Positions 27,147 to 37,569 are shown, numbered from the whole stretch's first letter. The stretch is 63,974 bases of DNA, filler included, from GCA_964501035.1; 5 parts of 5 records of this genome joined end to end with filler, not necessarily neighbours in it; one strand, 5' to 3'. Numbers and translations are program-made. The notes: generated by a model from the letters alone, not told the origin.

Positions 27147-27574
27147 TATTGACAATCCTTACACAAGCCAAATAATTGATGAATATGACGAGTCAGTTTA
27201 AATCCCTTAGATTTGCACAGTTCTTCCTGTTGTTTTTCTATGATTTCATCAACAAACTCAATAATACTGCCACAATCCGTACAGACTAAATGGTCATGAT
27301 GTTCGCTATTTTCTTTATTCTCATAACGAGCTCTACCATCACCAAATTCGAGTTTTCTTGCAAAATCATATTCGCATAAAATATCCATGGTTCGATAAAC
27401 TGTGGCTCGAGATGAGTTTACACCTTTTTGTTTGAGAGCATAATAAATATCTTCACATTCTCTATGCTCATCTGAAGACAAAACTTCTTCCAAAATTGCA
27501 AGACGTTGTGGAGTAAACTTTAAATTTTCTTTTCGGAGTACTTGCTTCAACCTATCTATAGATTTTTGATTCAT
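27146..27574 (-). CDS. fur: Ferric uptake regulator family protein
   Basis: TPQRLAIL, ATVYR, HHDHLVCTDCG, C-terminal CKDC. Confidence 0.93.
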   Translation of the reverse strand: MNQKSIDRLKQVLRKENLKFTPQRLAILEEVLSSDEHRECEDIYYALKQKGVNSSRATVYRTMDILCEYDFARKLEFGDGRARYENKENSEHHDHLVCTDCGSIIEFVDEIIEKQQEELCKSKGFKLTRHIHQLFGLCKDCQ

Positions 27575-27593
27575 ACTTTCCTTTTTTAGTATT

Positions 27594-27612
27594 ATTGAGT
27601 TTCATTCTCATT
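27594..27612 (-). promoter_or_regulatory. Fur-box-like site upstream of fur-feoAB
   Basis: Minus strand AA-TGAGAAT-G-AAACTCA-AT resembles the 7-1-7 consensus TGATAAT-n-ATTATCA. Confidence 0.55.
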
Positions 27613-27682
27613 TATAATTTAAAGATTATTCCAAATACAAATGAAGATTATTATGCAATGTCATTTATTTGCTTATGAAAAT

Positions 27683-29839
27683 TTATATTTTTTGAAGGTT
27701 TGCATATTTTGCAATTAACTTCTTTCTCACATTCCCTTGAAAAAGAATAGTGTATTTTGCACTTTCACCAACACCTTCAACTGCAAGAATTGATCCTTTA
27801 CCAAACATTTTATGATTGATTTCATCACCCACCGAAATTGTGTTTGAAGCAACTTTAGATTTAGAAAATGTACGTTCGGGTTTAAATGTTCTTTTGGGTA
27901 TATATTTGTCAAATGATTTTTCGATGGATTCCATTAAATTTTCAGGAATTTCATTTATAAAACGTGAAACTAAAGTCGGTGTTGGAGGACCACCAAAACG
28001 ACGACGATTGTTGGCGTAGGATAGGATGACTTTTTTCTCTGCTCGTGTTACAGCCACATAAAATAATCGTCTTTCCTCATCCATTTCACGGTCTTCAATT
28101 TGAGAGCCCCCTAAAGGAAAAAGTCCGTCTTCCAATCCACAAGAAAAAACAATTGGAAATTCAAGACCTTTAGAACTGTGGATTGTCATCATGGATACCG
28201 CAGAATCACCCTCATTCCAACGATCAATATCTGTTAACAAGGATACTTCCTCCAAAAAATCTCGTAAGTTTGAATTTTCTTTATTTTCTACAAATTCGGT
28301 TATACTATTAACTAATTCTTCTATATTATTCCAGCGTTCATCTGCTTCTGGTGTGCCTAAATTTTCATAAAAGCCATGCAATTCAATTGCATCAATAACC
28401 TCAGTACAAATTTCATACGCATTTCTAACCGTCATCATTTCTTGAATACGTTTCATCATTCCTCGAAACGAAGATAGACTTGATTTTTGTTTGGGTCCAA
28501 TATTGAGATTTTCGATATAATCAAGAGATTCAAACATTGATATCTGTTTTTCTTGTGCAATATCTCTAATTTTTTGAATGGTGGTATTTCCAAGTCCACG
28601 TGCAGGGAAATTTATCACACGCTCAAAACTAATGGAATCATTGGGGTTCACCAATAATTTTAAATATGCCAGGACATCCTTAATTTCTTTTCGCTCATAA
28701 AATTTTACTCCACCAATAATTTGATATGGCACTCCTTGACGTCTAAACTCATCTTCAATTACACGACTTTGAGCATTGGTTCGATACAAAATAACAATAT
28801 CATTAAACGAGTTTTTCTGATGGGGATATTCGTTTTGAATCACTTTCAAGACTTGTTTTGCTTCATCACGTTCGTCAAAACAATCCAACAGTTTTATGGG
28901 GGCACCTGTTGAATTTTCAGTCCATAATTTCTTTTCAGCACGTGTAGTATTATTTGAAACGACTGCCCAAGCAGCATCTAAAATTGTTTGAGTGGATCGA
29001 TAGTTTTGCTCCAATTTGATAACAGTTGAACCTCCAAAGTGTTTTTCAAATTCAAGGATATTTTTGATATCAGCCCCTCGCCACCCATAAATCGATTGAT
29101 CATCATCACCTACAACACAAACATCTCTATGCTCTTTACTTATTGAATACACAAGTTCAAACTGAGGTTTATTAGTATCTTGATATTCATCTACCAATAC
29201 ATATTTATATTGATTTTGATATTGCTGGAGTTTTTCAGGATACTCTTTAAATAGTTCAATTGGTTTTAATAGTAAATCATCAAAATCCAAAGCATTGTTT
29301 GTTTTCAACAAAGTTTGATATTTTAAATAAATCTCACTAAACTTTTCATCTAAAAACCCTTCAGCAAACTCCTTAAACTGTGAGGGTGAAATCATTTGAT
29401 TTTTTATTCCACTGATTTTGGATTGATAGGATTTTGCATCAAATTGTTTAGGGTCTAAATTCAGTTCCTTAATGACTTGTTTCACAAGTGCTTTTGAATC
29501 GGTTTGATCATAAATACCAAAGTCCCGAGTATATCCCAATAATGGAATATCTCTTCTCAACAAACGTGCAGAAATTGAATGGAACGTACCCACACTCATT
29601 TTGCTCGCATCTACAGATAATAACTGCTGAACTCTTTCTTTCATTTCACCAGCAGCTTTATTTGTAAAGGTTACTGCAAGAATATTCTCTGGTGCTAAAC
29701 CAATTTCTTCTATCAAATATGCTATTTTATGAGTTAATACACGTGTTTTTCCGCTACCTGCACCTGCAAAAACTAATATGGGACCACCAATTGTTTCGAC
29801 TGCTTCACGTTGTTTTGGGTTCAATGTTTCAAGATTCAC
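27683..29839 (-). CDS. pcrA: ATP-dependent DNA helicase PcrA/UvrD
   Basis: AGAGSGKT, TFTNKAA, DEYQD, LEQNYRS, TIHSSKGLEF, EERRLFYVA, C-terminal Tudor-like domain. Confidence 0.95.
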   Translation of the reverse strand: MNLETLNPKQREAVETIGGPILVFAGAGSGKTRVLTHKIAYLIEEIGLAPENILAVTFTNKAAGEMKERVQQLLSVDASKMSVGTFHSISARLLRRDIPLLGYTRDFGIYDQTDSKALVKQVIKELNLDPKQFDAKSYQSKISGIKNQMISPSQFKEFAEGFLDEKFSEIYLKYQTLLKTNNALDFDDLLLKPIELFKEYPEKLQQYQNQYKYVLVDEYQDTNKPQFELVYSISKEHRDVCVVGDDDQSIYGWRGADIKNILEFEKHFGGSTVIKLEQNYRSTQTILDAAWAVVSNNTTRAEKKLWTENSTGAPIKLLDCFDERDEAKQVLKVIQNEYPHQKNSFNDIVILYRTNAQSRVIEDEFRRQGVPYQIIGGVKFYERKEIKDVLAYLKLLVNPNDSISFERVINFPARGLGNTTIQKIRDIAQEKQISMFESLDYIENLNIGPKQKSSLSSFRGMMKRIQEMMTVRNAYEICTEVIDAIELHGFYENLGTPEADERWNNIEELVNSITEFVENKENSNLRDFLEEVSLLTDIDRWNEGDSAVSMMTIHSSKGLEFPIVFSCGLEDGLFPLGGSQIEDREMDEERRLFYVAVTRAEKKVILSYANNRRRFGGPPTPTLVSRFINEIPENLMESIEKSFDKYIPKRTFKPERTFSKSKVASNTISVGDEINHKMFGKGSILAVEGVGESAKYTILFQGNVRKKLIAKYANLQKI

Positions 29840-30852
29840 TATCCTTTTCTCTTCTTTCGTTTAGCACGATTATGCTCATCATTCGTTTTTGTAAAAATAT
29901 GCCTACCTTTCCCATCCGCAACAAAATAAAAATATTGAGTTTGTGATGGATTTACGGCTGCTTTTAATGCAGCAATACCAGGATTATTTATAGGTCCTGG
30001 AGGCAAACCCTTATATTTGTATGTATTATACGGACTATCAATTTTTAAATCTTTATGATACAATCGTCTATTTTTACCTGGAATTATATACTGAATTGTT
30101 GGATCAGCTTGTAGCTTCATATTTTTGTTTAAGCGATTGTGGTAAACAGATGAAATTGTATTCATTTCATCATCAAATACAGCTTCACCTTGAATTATCG
30201 AAGCCAATGTTACTGCTTCAAGAGGTGAAAAATGAATGGCTTTTGCTTGATCTTTTATAATTGTATTATAGTTATGCATAAATTGATTGAACAAAATCTG
30301 AATAATTTCCTCTTCTGTATAAGTTGTGAGGAATATATATGTGTCTGGGAACAGGAACCCTTCTAAAGAAGGTGCATCAATTCCCAACGAATGCACAAAG
30401 TTATAATCATGACATAAACTAATGAACTTGAATAAATTGATGTTTAATTTTAACTTCAACTCGTCAGCAATTTTTTCAATTGTCCAACCTTCAAGTAATG
30501 TAATTTTCACTCTATGTTTACTTGGTGTTGTAATTAGTTTAATTAGGTTTTGCATTTCAGATATACCCTTAAACGTATATCTTCCTGGGATAATATTTTT
30601 ATCATTAAACGTTATTCGCATTGCTACAGCAAACACAGTTTTATTTGAAATACATGCGTTTTCTTTCAAAATATCAGCTACCTGATGAACTGATGCTCCC
30701 TTAGGAATCGTTACCACTGATGATGGTTTGTTACATTGAACATCCCAGGATAAAACAATTGTGTAAAACGAAGTTATTCCAATCACACAAATAAGAAGAA
30801 ATAGTAATACTCCTTTTATCACTGATGGTCTCGTATTTTGCTCTTCTGACAT
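29839..30852 (-). CDS. mltG: Endolytic transglycosylase MltG
   Basis: LEGFLFPDTY, LASIIQGEA, LQADPT, SPYNTY...GLPPGPINNPG. Confidence 0.95.
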   Translation of the reverse strand: MSEEQNTRPSVIKGVLLFLLICVIGITSFYTIVLSWDVQCNKPSSVVTIPKGASVHQVADILKENACISNKTVFAVAMRITFNDKNIIPGRYTFKGISEMQNLIKLITTPSKHRVKITLLEGWTIEKIADELKLKLNINLFKFISLCHDYNFVHSLGIDAPSLEGFLFPDTYIFLTTYTEEEIIQILFNQFMHNYNTIIKDQAKAIHFSPLEAVTLASIIQGEAVFDDEMNTISSVYHNRLNKNMKLQADPTIQYIIPGKNRRLYHKDLKIDSPYNTYKYKGLPPGPINNPGIAALKAAVNPSQTQYFYFVADGKGRHIFTKTNDEHNRAKRKKRKG

Positions 30853-30963
30853 AGTGCAAAAGTTATACGTTATTTCATTTCATTATCAATAATTAGATTT
30901 TATAATTAATTTCAAGAATTATACTTGCATTGGTTATTTCTATGCCTGTAATTTTTGTGCCTT

Positions 30964-31194
30964 GTGAGTAGTTGGAATAAGAAAAATAAACATTTGTTTG
31001 ATTCTTGGTCTTTCGGAAAAGCCAACTACTTGATTTTTGGAATAGGACTTTTAGTAATTGCATTGGGATATGTAATTATGGCAACAGGGGAAACGACAAG
31101 TTTTCAATCTGTAAAATTATCGCCTATAATTCTTTTTATTGGATATTGTGTGATAATTCCAGCTTCGATTTTGTACAAGTCCAAAGACCAATAA
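30964..31194 (+). CDS. DUF3098-family small membrane protein
   Basis: FGKANYLIFGIGLLVIALGYVIM...LSPIILFIGY pattern; GTG start at 30964 assumed. Confidence 0.75.
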   Translation: MSSWNKKNKHLFDSWSFGKANYLIFGIGLLVIALGYVIMATGETTSFQSVKLSPIILFIGYCVIIPASILYKSKDQ

Positions 31195-31202
31195 ATTATA
31201 TT

Positions 31203-31277
31203 GGGGTGGTAGTTCAACTTGGTTAGAGCACCGGCCTGTCACGCCGGAAGTTGCGGGTTCGATTCCCGTCCATCCCG
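31203..31277 (+). tRNA. tRNA-Asp (GTC)
   Basis: Acceptor GGGGTGG/CCATCCC; anticodon arm CCGGC-CTGTCAC-GCCGG; T-loop GGTTCGATTCC; discriminator G. The contig ends one base later. Confidence 0.96.
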
Positions 31278-31278
31278 C

Positions 31279-31378
31279 NNNNNNNNNNNNNNNNNNNNNN
31301 NNNNNNNNNNNNNNNNNNNNNNTTAATTAATTAANNNNNNNNNNNNNNNNNNNNNNNNNNNNNNNNNNNNNNNNNNNN
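31279..31378. other. Artificial contig linker
   Basis: 44 N + TTAATTAATTAA + 44 N. Confidence 0.97.
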
Positions 31379-31858
31379 GTTGATTTTGATGTTCCAAAAA
31401 AATTCAATCTTACTTATGTTGATAAAAATAATAAAGATCAAACACCTTTATGTATTCATCGTGCTCCATTAGGAACTCATGAAAGATTTATTGGATTCTT
31501 GATTGAACATTTTGGGGGAAATTTTCCACTATGGCTATCTCCTGAACAAGTAGTAATTTTACCAGTATCTGAAAAGTATAATAATTATGCTTTAAAAGTA
31601 CAGTCAAGTTTAAAAGATGCAAAAATTCGTACACGAATTGACTCTAGAAGTGAAAAAATTGGAGCTAAAATTCGTGATGCTGAATTAAAAAAAGTACCAG
31701 TAATGTTGATTGTTGGGGAAAGAGAAGAATCTTCAAATACTGTATCTGTTAGAAGACGATTTAAAGGCGATATAGGAAGTATTGACATTGAAACATTAAC
31801 TTCTAATTTGAATAACGAAATAATGAACAGAAAAAGGGGTAACACTCATAGTAAGTAA
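31379..31858 (+). CDS. thrS: Threonine--tRNA ligase, C-terminal fragment
   Basis: IHRAPLGTHERFIGFLIEHFGGNFPLWLSPEQV plus anticodon-binding domain; truncated at the contig start. Confidence 0.96.
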   Translation, partial: VDFDVPKKFNLTYVDKNNKDQTPLCIHRAPLGTHERFIGFLIEHFGGNFPLWLSPEQVVILPVSEKYNNYALKVQSSLKDAKIRTRIDSRSEKIGAKIRDAELKKVPVMLIVGEREESSNTVSVRRRFKGDIGSIDIETLTSNLNNEIMNRKRGNTHSK

Positions 31859-32372
31859 ACGAAATAGTCAAGATGATACTCGGATAAATTCACATATTAA
31901 AGCACCCGAGGTTAGATTGATTACAGAAAAGGGAGAGCAATATGGTGTTGTAAGTATTTCAAGAGCTCTCAATATGGCGGAAAGTGCAGGGTTAGATTTA
32001 GTTGAAATTGCAGAAAATGCTAAACCTCCTGTATGTAAAATCCTAGATTATGGAAAATTCCGTTATGAAAAAGAAAAACAAAAGAAAATTAATAAGAAAA
32101 AACAGCATGTGATTCAAGTTAAAGAGTTACGATTAAGGCCAAATACAGGTGACCATGATTTAATTACAAAGCTGACCAAAGCGCAGAAATTTTTAGCGAA
32201 TGGTGATAAACTTAAAATTACTATCATGTTTAGAGGTCGTGAAATGGCTCGCCAACAGGCAGGTCTTGATCTTATAAATCGTGTAGTAGAAATCTTGGAA
32301 GATGTTGCCAAGGTTGATAAAGCGGCGAACCTTGAGGGTCGCCGAATGTCAGTGATACTCAGCCCTAGATAA
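31848..32372 (+). CDS. infC: Translation initiation factor IF-3 (probable ATA start)
   Basis: RINSHIKAPEVRLI...LDLVEI...PPVCKILDYGKF. In-frame stop at 31824; AGGGGT RBS 7 nt before ATA 31848. Confidence 0.95.
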   Translation: MVSKRNSQDDTRINSHIKAPEVRLITEKGEQYGVVSISRALNMAESAGLDLVEIAENAKPPVCKILDYGKFRYEKEKQKKINKKKQHVIQVKELRLRPNTGDHDLITKLTKAQKFLANGDKLKITIMFRGREMARQQAGLDLINRVVEILEDVAKVDKAANLEGRRMSVILSPR

Positions 32373-32383
32373 GGAGAATAAGA

Positions 32384-32578
32384 ATGCCTAAGATGAAGAC
32401 AAAACGAAGCGCTGCAAAGCGTTTTAGAGTAACTGGCTCAGGGAAAATCGCTTATAATAAGTGTGGTAATAGACATTTATCCACTAAGAAAAGTTCAAAA
32501 CGGAAGAGGCGTCTCCGTAAGGACACATGTATTTCAAAACACATGTCAAAGCGAACTAAAATAATGATTCAAGCATAG
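32384..32578 (+). CDS. rpmI: 50S ribosomal protein L35
   Basis: MPKMKTKRSAAKRFRVTGSGK; position in the infC operon. Confidence 0.96.
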   Translation: MPKMKTKRSAAKRFRVTGSGKIAYNKCGNRHLSTKKSSKRKRRLRKDTCISKHMSKRTKIMIQA

Positions 32579-32591
32579 AAAGGAGTGAGTC

Positions 32592-32936
32592 ATGCCCAGA
32601 GCTAATAGTTCAGTACCAAGACATAGACGACATAGAAAATTAATTAAGCAGGCCAAAGGTTATTTTGGTACGCGTAAATCTAACTTTAGAACAGCAAAAG
32701 ATGCCGTTCAAAAAGGTTTACAATATGCTTATCGTGATCGTCGCCAAAACAAACGAAATTTCCGTAGATTATGGATAATTCGTATCAATGCAGCAGTACG
32801 TTTGCATGGAATGACATATTCGCGTTTCATTGCAGCCTTGAAAAGTAAGAATATCGATTTAAATCGTAAAACTCTTGCTCATATGGCTGTGCATGATCCA
32901 GATGGATTTGCGAATATTGTAAAATCTGTTAGTTGA
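32592..32936 (+). CDS. rplT: 50S ribosomal protein L20
   Basis: AKGYFG...YAYRDRRQNKRNFRRLWIIRINAA. Confidence 0.97.
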   Translation: MPRANSSVPRHRRHRKLIKQAKGYFGTRKSNFRTAKDAVQKGLQYAYRDRRQNKRNFRRLWIIRINAAVRLHGMTYSRFIAALKSKNIDLNRKTLAHMAVHDPDGFANIVKSVS

Positions 32937-32945
32937 TAGACATTC

Positions 32946-33965
32946 GTGTCATTAATTCAACAAATAGATAAATTAAGAGAGCAATTTCAGACTGAATTAA
33001 AAAGTCTTGCTTCATCACCAGATGCTTATGAAAGTTTAAAGAATAAGTATCTTGGACGAAAGGGTTTAATCGCAGGTCTCTTTTCCCAAATGGGGAAAGT
33101 AAGTAATGAAGATAGACCTAAGATGGGGCAAGCGCTTAATAAGTTAAAGTCAGATTGTACACAGCTCTTAGAAAGTAACTCAACTGACTCAGAGTATAAC
33201 TTTGAGTCAGTTGCAATTGATTTTGATTATACTCTACCCGGTAATCATGTTAACACAGGAAGTATTCATCCTCTCACACTTGTTTTAAATGAGATTCAAG
33301 ATATTTTTAAAAGAATTGGTTTTTCAATTGCATACGGTCCTGAAATTGATACAGATTTTTATAATTTTGAAGCATTAAATATTCCCAAACATCACCCAGC
33401 TAGGGATATGCAGGATACATTTTATATTTCTGATGAGGTTGTGTTGCGTACGCATACATCAGGAAGTCAAATACATTTTATGAAAGAACATGAACCACCG
33501 GTTCGCATTATTGCACCCGGTCGTGTGTATCGAAATGAAGATATAAGTGTTCGATCATATTGTTTATTTCATCAAATTGAAGGTTTGTATGTTGATAAAA
33601 ATGTATCGTTTGCAGATTTAAAAGGAACATTAAATTACTTTGCCAAACAATTGTATGGAGAAAATGTCAAAACACGCTTCCGTCCTAGTTTTTTCCCATT
33701 TACAGAACCCAGTGCAGAAATGGATGTCTCTTGTATTTTTTGTAAAGGCAAGGGGTGTAATATTTGTAAATATTCTGGTTGGCTTGAAATATTAGGATGT
33801 GGAATGGTTGACCCTAAAGTATTTAAATCCGTCGAATATGATACACAGATTTGGAAAGGATATGCTTTCGGCTTAGGTATTGAACGAATTGCAATGCTTA
33901 AATATGGAGTTAAAGATATTCGAATGTTCTACGAAGGTGATTCTCGTTTTCTGAGGCAATTTTAA
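32946..33965 (+). CDS. pheS: Phenylalanine--tRNA ligase alpha subunit
   Basis: HPARDMQDTF, LRTHTS, FRPSFFPFTEPS, AFGLGIER. Confidence 0.97.
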   Translation: MSLIQQIDKLREQFQTELKSLASSPDAYESLKNKYLGRKGLIAGLFSQMGKVSNEDRPKMGQALNKLKSDCTQLLESNSTDSEYNFESVAIDFDYTLPGNHVNTGSIHPLTLVLNEIQDIFKRIGFSIAYGPEIDTDFYNFEALNIPKHHPARDMQDTFYISDEVVLRTHTSGSQIHFMKEHEPPVRIIAPGRVYRNEDISVRSYCLFHQIEGLYVDKNVSFADLKGTLNYFAKQLYGENVKTRFRPSFFPFTEPSAEMDVSCIFCKGKGCNICKYSGWLEILGCGMVDPKVFKSVEYDTQIWKGYAFGLGIERIAMLKYGVKDIRMFYEGDSRFLRQF

Positions 33966-36347
33966 ATGAAAATTTCTTTAAATTGGATTAATGATTTTAT
34001 TGAAACAAATTTGTCTAGCGATGAATTGGAAGTTGGATTAACTGACTTAGGTTTAGAATGTACCAAAGAAGAAGTAGGTAAAAGTTATACAAATGTTGTC
34101 TTAGGAAAAGTTCAATCTTGCATTCCACATCCAGATTCAGATCATCTCTCCGTGTGTGAGGTTGATACTGGAAGTGAAAATTTATCAACCATTGTTTGTG
34201 GCGCACCCAATGTTAAAGCGGATATTTTAGTTCCAGTTGCTAAAGTTGGAGCTACATTAGAAAATGGTAGTTTCAAAATCAAAAAAGCAAAACTTCGTGG
34301 TGTAAAATCTCATGGTATGATTTGTTCAGGAAAAGAATTACAATTAAACTCAGACCACGATGGAATAATGATTATTGAGTCAGATAAAAATATTGGCACA
34401 CCAATTGAAGAAGTTATTGAAACAAACTCGGATACAATATTTGAAATAGATTTAACACCTAATAGAGGTGATTGTTTAAGTCATTTAGGTGTTGCTCGAG
34501 AAATTGGGATTTTGGAAAAAAAACAAATAGTTAGACGAAAAGTAGCTCTTAATGAAATTTCTGAAGCAATTACTGAACTGATTTCTATCAATATTGAATC
34601 TGATGCGTGCTATAGATATGCCTCTAGAATTGTAAAAGATGTTAAGATAGGACCTTCCCCTGAGTGGCTGGTTACAAGATTAAACAGTATCGGTCAAAAA
34701 AGTATTAATAATGTAGTGGATGCCGCAAATTATGTTCTTCATGATGCAGGACATCCTTTGCATACTTTTGATTTGGATACTATTGCAGACAATACAATTA
34801 ATGTTCGATATGCTAAAGATAAAGAAAAATTTAAAACCCTTGATGGTATCGAAAGAGAATTAGGTAATTTTCATTTGTTAATTTGTGACAAAGAAAAACC
34901 AATCGCTCTAGCTGGTATAATGGGAGGTGCTAATAGTGAAGTAACAACATCTACCACTAATATCCTCCTTGAATCGGCTTATTTTGAACCAACAGTTATA
35001 CGAAAAGGTGCAAAAAAATTAGATGTATCTACTGAAGCATCTAAACGATTTGAGCGTGATACAGATATTGAAAATGTAGTTCCAGCATTAGAGCAATTAG
35101 CCACGTTGATTCAAGAGGTAGCTGGTGGAGAAATTGTTAAGGGACTAATTGATAACTATCCATATAAGAAGACAAATAACCAAATAAATTTTTCTTTAGT
35201 TAACTGCAATAATTTTTTGGGTACTAGCATTAATTCTGATCAGGTTGCGAACATATTTGATTCACTGGGTATAAACTATAGCATATCAGAAAATAATTTT
35301 ACATGTTCAGTACCCAGTTATCGAAATGATCTTGAACGTGAAGTAGATTTGTTTGAAGAAATAGCGCGGGTGTATGGATATAATAATATCCCAGATTCCA
35401 CTCAGTTTTCTGGTTCGTTTTCAGCATTTGTAGATGACTCCCAACAACTTGATAATAAAGTTAGAGAATATTTATCAAATCGAGGTTTTTGCGAACATTA
35501 CTCCAATAGTTTGAATAGTGACTTAGAAATACAACAATTTACTTCTATTAAACCTGTGCAAATTGCTAATCCCTTAAATAAAGATATGGCATTTATGAGG
35601 AATTCACTATTTCCTGGGTTGTTAAAAGCAATTTCTTTTAATGAGAAACGAAACCAAAATAATATTCAATTGTTTGAAATGGGTGCAATCCATAAAGAGG
35701 ATGCTGCATCCGAAACCCAAACCAATGAAATTTTCAACTTAGGCATAGTTTGGTACGGACAATCAAATCCGCATTGGAATATATCTGAAACTAGTGCAGA
35801 TATTTTCAGCGTTAAAGGTGAAATTGAATCCTTTCTTGAAACATTTAAGATACCAAAAATTAAATATATTGAAGCTTCAACGCTAGGTTTTGCATATTCC
35901 ATTGAAATTTATTCACGTAAAACTTATGTAGGTAGATTTGGTTTGATAAACCGAAAACAAAATTCAAATTATGATATTAAACATGATATATTCGCTTGTG
36001 AATTTAATCTTGCAAATTTGAGAAGCATTTCTAAAAATACTACCTTTAAGTTTAGAGAGCCCATTCAATATCCTTCAACATCACGTGATATAGCGCTATT
36101 GGTTGATAAAAATATATCAGTTGAAATGTTACAAAAAACGATAAAAAATGTTGGTGGAGAGTTATTAGTAGAATCTAGGTTGTTTGATCTGTATGAAGGA
36201 GATAAAATTGATAACTCCAAAAAAAGTTTGGCATTTTCATTAATATTTCAAGACGCAAATAAAACATTAAACGACTCTACCATTGACTCTATTATACAAA
36301 ATATTTTAGCAAAACTTTCTAAAGAACATCAAGCAATCCAACGATAA
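33966..36347 (+). CDS. pheT: Phenylalanine--tRNA ligase beta subunit
   Basis: IVCGAPNV, TPNRGDCLS, SKRFER, DLFEEIAR, FDX-ACB C-terminus. Confidence 0.97.
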   Translation: MKISLNWINDFIETNLSSDELEVGLTDLGLECTKEEVGKSYTNVVLGKVQSCIPHPDSDHLSVCEVDTGSENLSTIVCGAPNVKADILVPVAKVGATLENGSFKIKKAKLRGVKSHGMICSGKELQLNSDHDGIMIIESDKNIGTPIEEVIETNSDTIFEIDLTPNRGDCLSHLGVAREIGILEKKQIVRRKVALNEISEAITELISINIESDACYRYASRIVKDVKIGPSPEWLVTRLNSIGQKSINNVVDAANYVLHDAGHPLHTFDLDTIADNTINVRYAKDKEKFKTLDGIERELGNFHLLICDKEKPIALAGIMGGANSEVTTSTTNILLESAYFEPTVIRKGAKKLDVSTEASKRFERDTDIENVVPALEQLATLIQEVAGGEIVKGLIDNYPYKKTNNQINFSLVNCNNFLGTSINSDQVANIFDSLGINYSISENNFTCSVPSYRNDLEREVDLFEEIARVYGYNNIPDSTQFSGSFSAFVDDSQQLDNKVREYLSNRGFCEHYSNSLNSDLEIQQFTSIKPVQIANPLNKDMAFMRNSLFPGLLKAISFNEKRNQNNIQLFEMGAIHKEDAASETQTNEIFNLGIVWYGQSNPHWNISETSADIFSVKGEIESFLETFKIPKIKYIEASTLGFAYSIEIYSRKTYVGRFGLINRKQNSNYDIKHDIFACEFNLANLRSISKNTTFKFREPIQYPSTSRDIALLVDKNISVEMLQKTIKNVGGELLVESRLFDLYEGDKIDNSKKSLAFSLIFQDANKTLNDSTIDSIIQNILAKLSKEHQAIQR

Positions 36348-36358
36348 GGAGGTGGGGT

Positions 36359-36679
36359 ATGTCAGATGCTATTAAAGTAGTTAAAGTGAACATATTTGGA
36401 CAAGAATACAATATAAAAACTTCAGCAGATCCAAAATATATTTCAGAAGTTGCCAATTGTGTTGATGAAAAAATGAAAGAGGTTAAAGAAAGTGGCATTG
36501 ATGCAACATCGCAGCAATTGCGTATTGCAGTTTTAGCAGCCATGAACATTACCGATGAGTTGTTTCAATTTAAAAAACAGAAGAATTTAATTATAGATAA
36601 AGTTGAAGCTAGAACATTAGCTATTTCTGAATTCCTAGATGCTGAAATTGAAAAGATAGAATCAAACAAAGATAAATAA
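36359..36679 (+). CDS. zapA: Cell division protein ZapA
   Basis: VNIFGQEY...VDEKM...IAVLAAMNITDEL; follows pheT. Confidence 0.9.
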   Translation: MSDAIKVVKVNIFGQEYNIKTSADPKYISEVANCVDEKMKEVKESGIDATSQQLRIAVLAAMNITDELFQFKKQKNLIIDKVEARTLAISEFLDAEIEKIESNKDK

Positions 36680-37563
36680 TGACTAAACTTGATACATTGT
36701 TATTAAAAGGCAAAGCAGTCGCGAATGCCAAAAAGGAAGAATTATCTTCCATCGTTCAGAATTTAAAAAAACAAAACATAGTACCCGGATTGGCAGCAAT
36801 TTTAGTGGGAGATGACCCCGCATCTCAAGTGTATGTACGCAATAAGGGTCGAGCTTTTGAAAAATTAAACTGTAAAAGTAAAACATTTAGATTAGCAGAA
36901 AACACCACAGAATCTGAATTAATAGAGTTAATTACTTCTTTAAATAATGATGATAGTTTTCATGGTATTTTAGTTCAACTTCCATTACCAAACCATTTGG
37001 ATTCACAAAAAATTTTAAATTATGTTGCACCCCAAAAAGATGTAGATGGATTCCATCCTAACAATTTAGGCCACTTGCTAGAAGGCAACCCTCAGTTTAT
37101 ACCATGCACACCAAATGGATGTTTAGAAATCTTAAAATTTTACAATATTCCGGTTGCCAATAGGCATGCTGTAATCGTTGGAAGAAGCAATATTGTGGGT
37201 AAGCCAATGTTTGCTCTTTTGGCTCAAAAGTTTGAAATGGGAAATGCTACTGTAACAATTTGCCATACTGGTACTCCTGATATTTCGTATCATACAAAAC
37301 AAGCAGATATCATCATAGCGGCAGCAGGTATGCCAGAATTAATTACAGGTAACATGATAAAGCAAGGAGCTGATATTATTGATGTTGGTATTAATCGTAT
37401 TGACGATAATTCTGAAAAAGGGTACCATTTAGTTGGTGATGTTCATCGTGAAAGTGTAATGGGAAGAGCTAATTCACTTACGCCAGTCCCAGGGGGGGTT
37501 GGCCCAATGACCATTACGATGCTTTTGTCAAATACTATATTATCTGCACAACGCACAATCTAA
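36679..37563 (+). CDS. folD: Bifunctional methylenetetrahydrofolate dehydrogenase/cyclohydrolase
   Basis: DPASQVYVRNK, KDVDGFH, PCTP, GRSNIVGKP, TPVPGGVGPMT. Confidence 0.97.
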   Translation: MTKLDTLLLKGKAVANAKKEELSSIVQNLKKQNIVPGLAAILVGDDPASQVYVRNKGRAFEKLNCKSKTFRLAENTTESELIELITSLNNDDSFHGILVQLPLPNHLDSQKILNYVAPQKDVDGFHPNNLGHLLEGNPQFIPCTPNGCLEILKFYNIPVANRHAVIVGRSNIVGKPMFALLAQKFEMGNATVTICHTGTPDISYHTKQADIIIAAAGMPELITGNMIKQGADIIDVGINRIDDNSEKGYHLVGDVHRESVMGRANSLTPVPGGVGPMTITMLLSNTILSAQRTI

Positions 37564-37569
37564 TATCAA

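Noticed and set aside
22692..29839. HD nuclease plus UvrD helicase as an anti-phage or Cas3-like system
   Set aside because: The HD protein is an ordinary YhaM-type OB-HD enzyme and the helicase a canonical PcrA. They are separated by the feo operon, with no cas genes or arrays.
31203..31278. tRNA-Asp as the integration site of an island
   Set aside because: The contig ends at the tRNA; no integrase or duplicated 3' end is visible, so it cannot be assessed.
36359..36700. 6S RNA expected after zapA
   Set aside because: The zapA stop overlaps the folD start, leaving no intergenic space.
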